A DNA stretch of 64,000 bases. Source: Candidatus Parachristensenella avicola. Lineage in GTDB: Bacteria; Bacillota; Clostridia; Christensenellales; UMGS416. The notes under the pieces were generated by a model. It saw only the letters and a program-made list of their open reading frames with translations. It had not been told where the DNA came from and ran no database searches. The stretch covers positions 4,137-68,136 of the forward strand of contig CAJFUN010000045.1 in NCBI GenBank assembly GCA_904420205.1, read 5' to 3'. Position 1 is the stretch's first letter, and each line of letters begins with the position of its first letter. Positions 56,186-64,000 of the stretch are shown in pieces. Both the position numbers and the translations under genes were made by a program.

Positions 56186-56758
56186 CTATCCCTCATAACC
56201 CAAACGGAAAGCCGCCTGGTTCACCTCAACCGTCTTCTCCGGCACGATACGGGCCAATGTGCGGAGCATGACCTCCTGGGGAACCTCCATCTGCCGGGCC
56301 AGAGCTCCCATCAGCGCCGTATTGACCGTCCGCGCATTGCCCGCCTGCTCTGCCAGGCGCAGCGCATCCACCGCCACGACCTTCAAGCCCGCCTCCTGAA
56401 GGGTATCCAGCAGCCCCTCCGGATAGGCCGCCGCGCCGGTAATCACCGGCATGGGCGCGATGGTTTGCGTGTTCACGACCACCGTTCCGCCGGGGCGGAC
56501 CATATGCATATACCGAACCGCTTCCAGCTGTTCAAAGGCCAGCAGAAAATCCGCCTCGCCCTGTTCGATCAAGGGGGAGGCGACATGGTCGCCCAGGCAC
56601 ACATAGGTGACGACCGAACCGCCCCGCTGGGCCATTCCGTGCACCTCAGACACCTTTACATCGCAGCCCAGCTCGCCGGCCAGGCCACCCAGCACCCGGC
56701 TGGCCAGCAGCGTCCCCTGCCCGCCCACGCCGGTAATCAGAATGCGGATGGTCTTCAT
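56186..56758 (-). CDS. iorB: indolepyruvate:ferredoxin oxidoreductase subunit beta
   Basis: The track ORF is 56186..56917. I start the gene at ATG 56758, giving 190 aa. The N-terminus is MKTIRILITGVGGQGTLLASRVLG. Confidence 0.85.
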   Translation of the reverse strand: MKTIRILITGVGGQGTLLASRVLGGLAGELGCDVKVSEVHGMAQRGGSVVTYVCLGDHVASPLIEQGEADFLLAFEQLEAVRYMHMVRPGGTVVVNTQTIAPMPVITGAAAYPEGLLDTLQEAGLKVVAVDALRLAEQAGNARTVNTALMGALARQMEVPQEVMLRTLARIVPEKTVEVNQAAFRLGYEG

Positions 56759-56759
56759 C

Positions 56760-58487
56760 TTATTCCCCCTTCTCAATGGCGCCAAAAGCGCACAGCTCGC
56801 CGCAGAGGCCGCACCCCGTGCACAGGGTCGTATCCACCGCGATATGGTCGCCCTTATCCACCAGCGCCGGGCAGCCGATGCGCATACAGGCCCGACACTT
56901 GCGGCATTTCTCCGCATCCAAGCGAATCGGTTTCACCGGCGCCTTAGACAGCAACGCACAGGGACGGCGGGCAATAATGACCGATACGCCGTCAAAATCC
57001 AGCGCATGTTGGATTGCCGCCTTCAGCCCCTTTAGGTCGAAGGGATCGACCGTCGCCACATCCGGCACGCCCAGGGCACGGCAGAGCGTATCCAAGTCGA
57101 TCTTCGGCGCAGGGTCGCCGTGGATATTCTTGCCGTTGGTGGGGTTATTCTGATGCCCTGTCATTCCGGTGGTGGAGTTATCCAGGATTAACACGGTTCC
57201 ATGGCCGCCATTATAGCTCATTTCCGCCAGGCCCGTCATGCCGGAATGGATAAAGGTGGAATCGCCGATCACGGCCACGGTACGCCGTGCCTGATCCCTG
57301 CCCCGGGCCAATTCCATACCCTGCGCCATGCCGATAGAAGCGCCCATGCACAGGCAGGCGTCAATAGCAGCCAGCGGCGCAGCCGCTCCCAGCGTATAGC
57401 AGCCGATATCGCCGGTAACGGTCAGGCCCATGCTCTTCAAGGTATAGAACACGCCGCGGTGCGGACAGCCGGGGCACATCACCGGAGGCCTGCCGGGTAC
57501 GCTGGCCACAGGCGGATGGGCCGCGGGCTGCCGCCCGCCAATGGCCTGCGCAATTGCCTGGGCCGTATATTCGCCCTGCACAGAAAAAAGCTCTTTCCCC
57601 TTTACCGAGAGGCCCGCAGCCTTCAGCTGCTCCTCAATGACCGGTTCCAGCTCTTCGACCACATAAAGCTTTTCCACCCGACGGGCGAACTCATGAATCG
57701 CCTTCATAGGCAGCGGGTTAATCAGCCCGAGCTTCAGCACGCTGGCCTCCGGCAGCGCCTCATCCACATAGCAGCTGGCAATGCCGCTGGTAATGATGCC
57801 TACCTTGGTATCGCCAAAGCGCACGCTGTGCAGGCCCAGCTCCTGGGCCTGAGCGGCAAGCCGCTTTTCCCGGGCCTCCACCGCCAGATGGCGGCCTTTC
57901 GCCATGGCCGGCATCATCACGTTCTTGGCAATGTCCTTTTGATATGCCTTAAGGGGCTGCTCTTGCCGGGGAGAAAGCTCCACCAGCGAACGCGAATGGG
58001 AAACGCGGGTGGTCGTGCGCAGCAGCACCGGAGTGTCGTATTCCTCTGAAATTTCAAAAGCGCGCCGGACAAACTCCAGGCATTCCGCGCTGTTAGCGGG
58101 CTCCAGCAGGGGCAAGTGGGCGCTGCGGGCATAATAACGCGAGTCCTGCTCGTTCTGAGAAGAATGCATGCCCGGATCGTCGGCCACTACGATGACCAGC
58201 CCCCCGTTCACGCCGGTATAAGCCGCAGTGAACAGCGGGTCAGCCGCCACATTCAATCCCACGTGCTTCATACATACCATGGCTCGGGCTCCGCCCAGGC
58301 TTGCGCCAAAGGCCACTTCCAGGGCTACCTTCTCATTGGGCGCCCATTCGGCATAAATCTCAGGATAGGTAGCGGCAAATTCCGTAATCTCTGTGGACGG
58401 GGTGCCCGGATAGGCGCTGACCACCCGGACCCCCGCCTCCCAGGCGCCACGTGCAATGGCCTGGTTGCCTAAATAAAGCTCTTTCAT
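56760..58487 (-). CDS. iorA: indolepyruvate:ferredoxin oxidoreductase subunit alpha
   Basis: The track ORF is 56760..58508. I start the gene at ATG 58487 (AGGAGACAGGAG upstream), giving 575 aa. A TPP motif is GDSTFIHSG. Two ferredoxin-type clusters are present at the C-terminus (CRKCRAC..CP and CTGCGLC). Confidence 0.9.
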   Translation of the reverse strand: MKELYLGNQAIARGAWEAGVRVVSAYPGTPSTEITEFAATYPEIYAEWAPNEKVALEVAFGASLGGARAMVCMKHVGLNVAADPLFTAAYTGVNGGLVIVVADDPGMHSSQNEQDSRYYARSAHLPLLEPANSAECLEFVRRAFEISEEYDTPVLLRTTTRVSHSRSLVELSPRQEQPLKAYQKDIAKNVMMPAMAKGRHLAVEAREKRLAAQAQELGLHSVRFGDTKVGIITSGIASCYVDEALPEASVLKLGLINPLPMKAIHEFARRVEKLYVVEELEPVIEEQLKAAGLSVKGKELFSVQGEYTAQAIAQAIGGRQPAAHPPVASVPGRPPVMCPGCPHRGVFYTLKSMGLTVTGDIGCYTLGAAAPLAAIDACLCMGASIGMAQGMELARGRDQARRTVAVIGDSTFIHSGMTGLAEMSYNGGHGTVLILDNSTTGMTGHQNNPTNGKNIHGDPAPKIDLDTLCRALGVPDVATVDPFDLKGLKAAIQHALDFDGVSVIIARRPCALLSKAPVKPIRLDAEKCRKCRACMRIGCPALVDKGDHIAVDTTLCTGCGLCGELCAFGAIEKGE

Positions 58488-58510
58488 GCTCCTGTCTCCT
58501 TTGTGCAAGG

Positions 58511-59821
58511 TTACTTTTTGTATATATTGCGCATATCGTTGACCCGCCGCGCCTTGCCTTCAAACCGCTTGAGGGTAAAAGGCTCCACCAGCCGGATCTT
58601 TGCATCCAAACCGAGGATCGCATGCATTTGGGCCGACAGACGGCGCTCCAGGTTTTCCAGCAGCGCGTATTTTTCCAGCAGGCTGGCGTCGGTCAGCTCC
58701 AGGCGGATTTCCATCTTGTCCAGCATGCCATCGCGGGTCACGTCGATCTCATAATTGGGTCCAATCTCGGGGAATTTGGCGATAACCGTCTCCACCTGTC
58801 CCGGGAACACGTTGACACCCCGGATTACCAGCATGTCGTCGCTGCGGCCGTGAAGCTTATCCATTCGCACGAAGGTACGCCCGCATGCGCAGGGCGTGTC
58901 GTCCAAGCGCGTAATATCATGGGTGCGATAGCGCAGAATCGGCATGGCCTCTTTAAAAAGCGGCGTCACCACAAGCTCGCCCACCTCGCCTACTGGCAGA
59001 GGCTCCAGCGTGTTAGGATCTACGATCTCTGCGATAAAGCAGTCTTCCTGGATATGCATGCCCTGCTGGTACACGCATTCGCCAGCGACGCCGGGGCCGA
59101 TGAGCTCGCTCATGCCATAATTATCCGTCGCCAGGATCCCCATGCGCCGGTGCAGCTCATCGCGCATCATATCGCTGGTGGCCTCGCCGCCAAAGCAGCC
59201 GATGCGCAGCTTGATGTCCTCGCCCATTTTCAGGCCCATCTTTTCCATATTTTCAGCCAGATACAGGGCGTAGCTAGGCGTGGCGATCAGCACCGTGGCG
59301 CCCAAATCCTGCATGAGCATGATCTGCCGCTGCGTATTGCCGCTGCTGACCGGGATCACCGCGCAGCCAATGCGGTCCAGCGCTTGATGCAGCCCATGAG
59401 CGCCGGTAAACAGGCCGTAGCCAAAGGCAACCTGGGCCACGTCTTCGCTGGTCACGCCGACAGCGGTTAAAAGCCGGGCGACCAAGTCGGTCCAGGTGTT
59501 GAGATCATTGCGGGTATAGCCTACGATGGTCGGCTTGCCCGTAGTGCCCGAGGATCCCTGAATCCGCACGATGTCCTTCATAGGGCAGGCGAACAGGCCG
59601 TAAGGGTACTGATCACGCACATCGCATTTATCCGTCATCGGAATATATTTCAAATCTTCCAATGACCGGATATCTGCCGGCGCAATCCCCGCCTCGTCCA
59701 AGCGCTTGCGATAAAACGGCACGTTTTCATAGCAGCGTTTTACCGTCCACTGTAGCCGCTTGAGCTGCAGCGCCCGCAGCGCCTCCCTGTCCATGGTTTC
59801 CATCGATTTTTGCCAAAACAT
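58511..59821 (-). CDS. paaK: phenylacetate--CoA ligase family enzyme (paralog 2)
   Basis: The protein is 436 aa. Motifs are GSSGTTGKPT, NYGMSEL and the C-terminal RFEGKARRVNDMR. It is the first gene of the operon. Confidence 0.85.
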   Translation of the reverse strand: MFWQKSMETMDREALRALQLKRLQWTVKRCYENVPFYRKRLDEAGIAPADIRSLEDLKYIPMTDKCDVRDQYPYGLFACPMKDIVRIQGSSGTTGKPTIVGYTRNDLNTWTDLVARLLTAVGVTSEDVAQVAFGYGLFTGAHGLHQALDRIGCAVIPVSSGNTQRQIMLMQDLGATVLIATPSYALYLAENMEKMGLKMGEDIKLRIGCFGGEATSDMMRDELHRRMGILATDNYGMSELIGPGVAGECVYQQGMHIQEDCFIAEIVDPNTLEPLPVGEVGELVVTPLFKEAMPILRYRTHDITRLDDTPCACGRTFVRMDKLHGRSDDMLVIRGVNVFPGQVETVIAKFPEIGPNYEIDVTRDGMLDKMEIRLELTDASLLEKYALLENLERRLSAQMHAILGLDAKIRLVEPFTLKRFEGKARRVNDMRNIYKK

Positions 59822-59957
59822 AAAAATGCCCTCCTCAAATGGCGGAAGGGGCGATATACCCGGCGATCAGCTCTAACCTAGCGGGTCCGCCCTGCCGTTC
59901 TACCGTACTGCCCATGGCAGCCTGCAGGCCGGCGGACGCATCCGCACAGCCTGATAT

Positions 59958-59987
59958 ATTATACTCCCAATACGACAAAAAAAGCAA
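59958..59987 (-). promoter_or_regulatory. promoter of the paaK-iorAB-paaK-ACT operon
   Basis: TTGCTT-N18-TATAAT on the minus strand, preceded by a T7 tract. It leaves a GC-rich leader of about 130 nt. Confidence 0.5.
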
Positions 59988-60085
59988 CCCGAACGCCCGC
60001 CGCAACGCCTTTTGCGGCCATGCCCATGATCCTGTACGCTTGATCTTTTTCATGCGCTGGCATAAAATGGTGAGGAAACCCCATT

Positions 60086-60871
60086 ATGAGAAAGGTAAGG
60101 AAGCGAATCGCCATGAAAAAGCTTTTTCCCCTGCTGGTGTCCCTGTGTCTGCTGGCAAGCGGCTGCCACAGCGCGCCGGCCGTCCAAACAGTTTCTTCAA
60201 CCGCCGCAGCGACGCCGGATACCGCCGCCTCTACCGCTCCGTCCGAAACGTCAGAAACGCCTGCGGTGCCGTCTGCGCCGGCCGTCAGCCTGCCTCAGGC
60301 TGGCGACGAGGGAATCCTCAGCTACACCCAGGCGGACTCCGATTCCGGTGAAATTTATACGCTTGGCACCATCGAAGACGATCCTTTTACCCAGCTTGCT
60401 GCGGGGCAGTATCATTTTTGCACCTATCCCGCCGGGCAACTCAGCTTTGCCCTGCCCATGGGCGGCTGGTGCGTATTGCCGGGCGCCTCGTCTAATTCGC
60501 TGATGCTGCAGCCGGCTGATGAGGAAACCTATGCCAGCGAGTATATGATCCTATCGCCCGCTGAGCCGGGACGCTTCACCAGCTTGGATGCAAACGCCTT
60601 GACAGCCGCGCTGGACGAAACGCTGGACGGCCAGTTAGACAATGAGACCCTTACTCCAGGCGATGCCTTCGATGTTTCCTGCGGCAAATGCCAAGAGGCG
60701 ACCGCATCCGGCTTGTTAACCGGAACCGACCAGTCCATGACGGTTGATATGATTCTGCTGGAATGCGACGGCGCCTATTACACCTGCCTGATTTATGCCC
60801 GAGAGGAATATGCCGCTGCCATGCACGACAGCGCTTTGGCGTTGTTGGAACATTTTTATCCCGCCGCTTAG
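60086..60871 (+). CDS. hypothetical lipoprotein
   Basis: The protein is 261 aa. An alternative start is ATG 60113. The signal peptide has the lipobox LLASGC. A Pro/Ala/Thr/Ser-rich linker follows. I do not recognise the C-terminal domain. Confidence 0.65.
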   Translation: MRKVRKRIAMKKLFPLLVSLCLLASGCHSAPAVQTVSSTAAATPDTAASTAPSETSETPAVPSAPAVSLPQAGDEGILSYTQADSDSGEIYTLGTIEDDPFTQLAAGQYHFCTYPAGQLSFALPMGGWCVLPGASSNSLMLQPADEETYASEYMILSPAEPGRFTSLDANALTAALDETLDGQLDNETLTPGDAFDVSCGKCQEATASGLLTGTDQSMTVDMILLECDGAYYTCLIYAREEYAAAMHDSALALLEHFYPAA

Positions 60872-60886
60872 GCTTCCCTCATCCCT

Positions 60887-60918
60887 GCTCCCCGTCTGCC
60901 AAGAACGGGGAGCTTTTT
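60887..60918 (+). terminator. intrinsic terminator after the lipoprotein gene
   Basis: A 9-bp stem GCTCCCCGT/ACGGGGAGC is followed by TTTTT. Confidence 0.7.
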
Positions 60919-60953
60919 GTATCTTGTTGCAGCTTGTCCTGCCGCCGGGCATG

Positions 60954-60983
60954 CAAAAGCCCCCGCCGGGACGAAGCGGGGGC
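60954..60983 (-). terminator. intrinsic terminator after the solute-binding protein gene
   Basis: On the minus strand, the stem GCCCCCGC-N9-GCGGGGGC is followed by TTTTGC. Confidence 0.6.
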
Positions 60984-61017
60984 GTTCCCGTGGGCAAGCC
61001 CACAGGGGAGGAGGACT

Positions 61018-62814
61018 TTATTCCACTACGATGTCGGTGAAGAAGCCGGCCTCTTGATAGCGCTTGAGGTTCTCGATGTAGCGGCTGGTCATCTTAGCTT
61101 CCACCGCTTCCAATCCATTAGCCTGAGCATAGGCCTGGAAGTCGTTCCATTGCTGCTCCACAGCGGCCTCGGATTCGGCAGTGACCATTGCAGCCGTCGC
61201 CACCTTCCACTGGTCAGCCAGCTTGGTGTAAGCGGCCATCTCGTCGTCTTCACTTTCCACGCGGGCGAAGCTCATAGCCGGGTTCTTGTTGGCATAGGCC
61301 AGATTCTTGTTCCACAAACGGCGGGCATTGCTCTTCTCGGCCTCACGCTCGGCCCATTCGTCCTTGGCGTTTACCGCACCCGCAGCCCAGGACAAACCCT
61401 CGCACCAGTTGGAGCCCTGGAAGTAGCAGGTCTTGTGCATGGTCTTCTGGGTGTCGGCGTCGGCGTTGATGTACTCTTCGGTCTGCTTCGGTACGCCGTC
61501 CACCATATTGTAGGTGAGGCCTTCAATCCCTAGCTGCGATAGTTTATCGCCTTCAGGGCTCTTCATGAACTCCATAAAGCAGATGGCGCGGCCGGGATTC
61601 TCGCAGTTAGAGGAGATGAAGCAGCTGGCCCATCCAATGCCGTTATCGCTTATCAGCTCGGAGTAGCGATCCTCACCTTTATAGGTCACAACATCGTTAA
61701 TAATTTCCCACACAGGCTGCGTCAGGTCATCATCTTTGCCGCCGGTACCGTTCTTGCGCCATTCAGCATTGATGGTGTAAGCATACCCGTTGTTGTAGGA
61801 CGTCGCAAATACTTCACCGGACTTATCGCGTGCGAAGAAGTCCTCAGGGCGCACGCCCAGATAATCCTTCGTCAGGATACCTTCGCGATACCACTTGTTC
61901 AGCAGCTTGTAGTACTCCAGCCAATCCGCGTCATTATACAGCATTTTGATTGACTTGCTCTCCGCATCCCATACGTTGCCCTGCTGGCAGCCCATCCAAT
62001 AAGCCAGCGGATAGGACCAATCCGGGTGCATGTTGAACACCATGGAGACGCCTACATCGGCGGCGTTGTCCTTCACCTTATACAGGGCTTCCTCAAATCC
62101 TTCCACGCTGGTGAAGGGGGTGGCGATGCCCAGCTTCTCCGTGATGTCTGCACGGTAACCTACGGTGAAGTTGGCATAATTGCCGATACTGTTGGGGTCG
62201 GTGTAGTTCTGGTCGTTGCCATAGTGGGTACGGAAAGTATACACATGGCCGTCGGCCGCTTGATTGTTCACCTTCTCCAGCGGGTCCACCAGATCCCAGA
62301 ACTCGGGACAATGCTCCTGAATCAGCTCGTCCCAGCGGTAGCACACCTCGGGATCCTCAAAGCGCTGCGTCAGGTTATCGGTGAATACGAAGTCGCTCAG
62401 TTCCTGGGCCGCCAGCTGCACGCTCAGCACCTGACGGTCCGAGCCCTTGGTCACTTCCAGGTTCACGCCGGTCAGCTCAGTGACCTTCTGGGTGGTAGCA
62501 TCCGTTCCCCAGTCGTCCCAGGCCCACCAGTCCCAGTCGATATACATGGAAAAGGTGACCGGGGAAGTATCCTTTTCCCAAGAGAGGTTTTCCCAGGTCG
62601 CAGGGGCTTCCGTCTCGGCGGCCGTGGTGGTCTCCTCGCCGCCCTCAGCCGCGGTGGTCGTCTCGTCGCTGCCCTCGGCGGCCGCGGTGGTCGTCGTGGC
62701 CTCGTCGCCAGCCGCAGGCGTTGTCGTGGTGGTCCCGCTGGTCTGGCATGCGGTCAAGCTCAAAGCGAGTACCATGCACAGCACCAGCAGTCCGGCAAGC
62801 AGTCTCTTTTTCAT
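61018..62814 (-). CDS. large extracellular solute-binding lipoprotein (ABC sugar-type SBP, family 1-like)
   Basis: The protein is 598 aa. The signal peptide has the lipobox LSLTAC. A Thr/Ala/Glu-rich linker of about 60 aa follows, then an SBP-like body. No permease or ATPase genes are adjacent. Confidence 0.7.
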   Translation of the reverse strand: MKKRLLAGLLVLCMVLALSLTACQTSGTTTTTPAAGDEATTTTAAAEGSDETTTAAEGGEETTTAAETEAPATWENLSWEKDTSPVTFSMYIDWDWWAWDDWGTDATTQKVTELTGVNLEVTKGSDRQVLSVQLAAQELSDFVFTDNLTQRFEDPEVCYRWDELIQEHCPEFWDLVDPLEKVNNQAADGHVYTFRTHYGNDQNYTDPNSIGNYANFTVGYRADITEKLGIATPFTSVEGFEEALYKVKDNAADVGVSMVFNMHPDWSYPLAYWMGCQQGNVWDAESKSIKMLYNDADWLEYYKLLNKWYREGILTKDYLGVRPEDFFARDKSGEVFATSYNNGYAYTINAEWRKNGTGGKDDDLTQPVWEIINDVVTYKGEDRYSELISDNGIGWASCFISSNCENPGRAICFMEFMKSPEGDKLSQLGIEGLTYNMVDGVPKQTEEYINADADTQKTMHKTCYFQGSNWCEGLSWAAGAVNAKDEWAEREAEKSNARRLWNKNLAYANKNPAMSFARVESEDDEMAAYTKLADQWKVATAAMVTAESEAAVEQQWNDFQAYAQANGLEAVEAKMTSRYIENLKRYQEAGFFTDIVVE

Positions 62815-63191
62815 GTTGCTCCTCCTTTTTCTTGGGGTATGCTCCCCCTCCTATAAGCCCGAGCGTCCCCTGGCCCATAAGCAAAAATGATGTCGCGGCC
62901 CTTCTGCACGGCTGCGCATGGCCAAATAAGTGTACATTTTCGTTCAAGTCAGATAGAATGAAAAGCGCGGATAAAAGGTTCAAAAATTCATCCAATTACA
63001 TTTGTAATATATAATTTTTTGCCTGGTTATCAATGTACAGAATAAAATCCATTTCTCATGAAACGTCGCTTTTTTGAACAAAAATTCGCATTTCTGCTAA
63101 ATGAATATTGATGAGCAAACCAATTTTAAGCAAAAAATAACAATTTTCCTACTTTATGATTTTCATATCATTTAGCTTAATGTGCGCATAG

Positions 63192-63226
63192 AAAAAGCAG
63201 CCCGCAGAGTGCTCTGCGAGCTGCTT
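63192..63226 (-). terminator. intrinsic terminator after the kinase-fold gene
   Basis: On the minus strand, a 14-bp stem AGCAGCTCGCAGAG/CTCTGCGGGCTGCT (one mismatch) is followed by TTTTTC. Confidence 0.65.
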
Positions 63227-63250
63227 TTCTCCATCCCCTCGTCCGGCGGC

Positions 63251-64000
63251 TTATTTTCCTTTTCCAATGCCGGCCTCATCCAGCGCCCGGTCTAGGGCTC
63301 TGGCTTGACCAGGGAGCTTTCCGTATTCCCGTGGATCCACCCCTGAATCATGATAATGCATCAGCTCCGTCATCAGCTCATAAAAGGGATTCTTCATAAA
63401 GAAATTCTCACTGACCGGTTGAAGCTGCATATAGCGCTCCAGCAGGCCGTAATCACGCCCGTTTGCGTTGTTAAGCTGATAAAGATCCAACTCCGGATCA
63501 GCCCAGCGGCAGCCTGATGGATCAATTACCGCAGCCACCTCGGTCATCGAATCATTCAGCAGCACATTCCAGGTGTTGTAATCGCCGTGAATCAGGCAGG
63601 CTTGTGGTACGGGGCGGCAGAAAATTTCATCATAATGCGCCATCGCCCGGCAGACGACGCCCCAAACCTCCGCATCAATACGCCCGCCATCGTATAGTTT
63701 TTGCGCCTTGGCAAAATGGCTTTGGGCCGTAGCCCAGTAGCTTTGATTCCAGTCAGGCGCAAAGGCCGCCGCATCCAGCTCCCCAAATCCCTCGGGGTTT
63801 ACGCATCGATGATAGGCAAGCAGATTTTCCACAATGGTAAGGGCGATGTTATCACGGCTCTCCGGTGCCAGTCCCTCCACCACGCCGGCGTTGCATCCAT
63901 CCAGGTATTCCATCACAATCGCGTCAAAGGGCGTCACATGGTCAGCGTCATAGGCAGCATAAACCTCAGGCATTGGCACCAGCGCTACACGGCGCAGCGC
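63251..64000 (-). CDS. phosphotransferase of the APH/fructosamine-kinase fold. The C-terminal 249 codons are present and the N-terminus lies beyond the right edge.
   Basis: The track ORF is 63251..63979, but the frame stays open to 64000. The catalytic loop is LIHGDYNTWNVLL, followed by VIDPSGCRWADPELDL. Confidence 0.7.
   Translation of the reverse strand, partial: ALRRVALVPMPEVYAAYDADHVTPFDAIVMEYLDGCNAGVVEGLAPESRDNIALTIVENLLAYHRCVNPEGFGELDAAAFAPDWNQSYWATAQSHFAKAQKLYDGGRIDAEVWGVVCRAMAHYDEIFCRPVPQACLIHGDYNTWNVLLNDSMTEVAAVIDPSGCRWADPELDLYQLNNANGRDYGLLERYMQLQPVSENFFMKNPFYELMTELMHYHDSGVDPREYGKLPGQARALDRALDEAGIGKGK

Noticed and set aside
59835-60053. 72-aa minus-strand ORF (MKKIKRTGSW..) upstream of paaK
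   Set aside because: It has no RBS. It spans the predicted promoter and the structured leader, and its composition is not protein-like.
62590-62745. Imperfect tandem DNA repeats (GGTGGTCGTC-type units) that might be taken for a repeat array
   Set aside because: They lie inside the SBP coding frame and encode the Thr/Ala/Glu-rich linker. They have no spacer/repeat periodicity of CRISPR type.

Overview
This 64-kb chromosomal window comes from a fairly high-GC (by eye, mid/high 50s %) Firmicutes/Clostridia-type genome. Supporting markers are SpoVT, the ylxM-ffh-rpsP-KH-rimM-trmD-rplS block, a T-box leader, PduL, and an IOR/PaaK cluster. About 56 protein genes are present, roughly 85% on the minus strand. 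Most are housekeeping: tRNA modification, translation, SRP, enolase, alanine racemase, aminotransferases, ArgC and a minimal SufCB. Transport and regulation are covered by a CadC-like metal operon, KdpDE next to KtrAB, ABC/MATE/MFS/NCS2/ZIP transporters and a PAS-GGDEF protein. By eye I saw no rRNA, tRNA, CRISPR array, transposase, integrase or phage gene. Many long ORFs in the track are antisense shadows typical of GC-rich DNA. Several real genes start well inside their track ORF, and two genes run off the window edges (miaB on the left, a kinase-fold gene on the right). I could not identify a convincing new multi-gene system. The best leads are: (1) a membrane/HTH/membrane operon of unknown function with a perfect operator-like repeat; (2) a Zn-ADH plus ketose 3-epimerase two-gene cassette; (3) KdpDE lacking kdpFABC but sitting next to ktrAB across about 1 kb of decayed sequence; (4) a structured leader in front of the paaK-iorAB-paaK-ACT operon; (5) three ORF-free blocks of 0.25-0.5 kb that could be ncRNA genes or gene relics; (6) an in-frame amber codon in a glycosidase-like gene. 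All functional calls rest on motifs I recognise by eye, not on searches.
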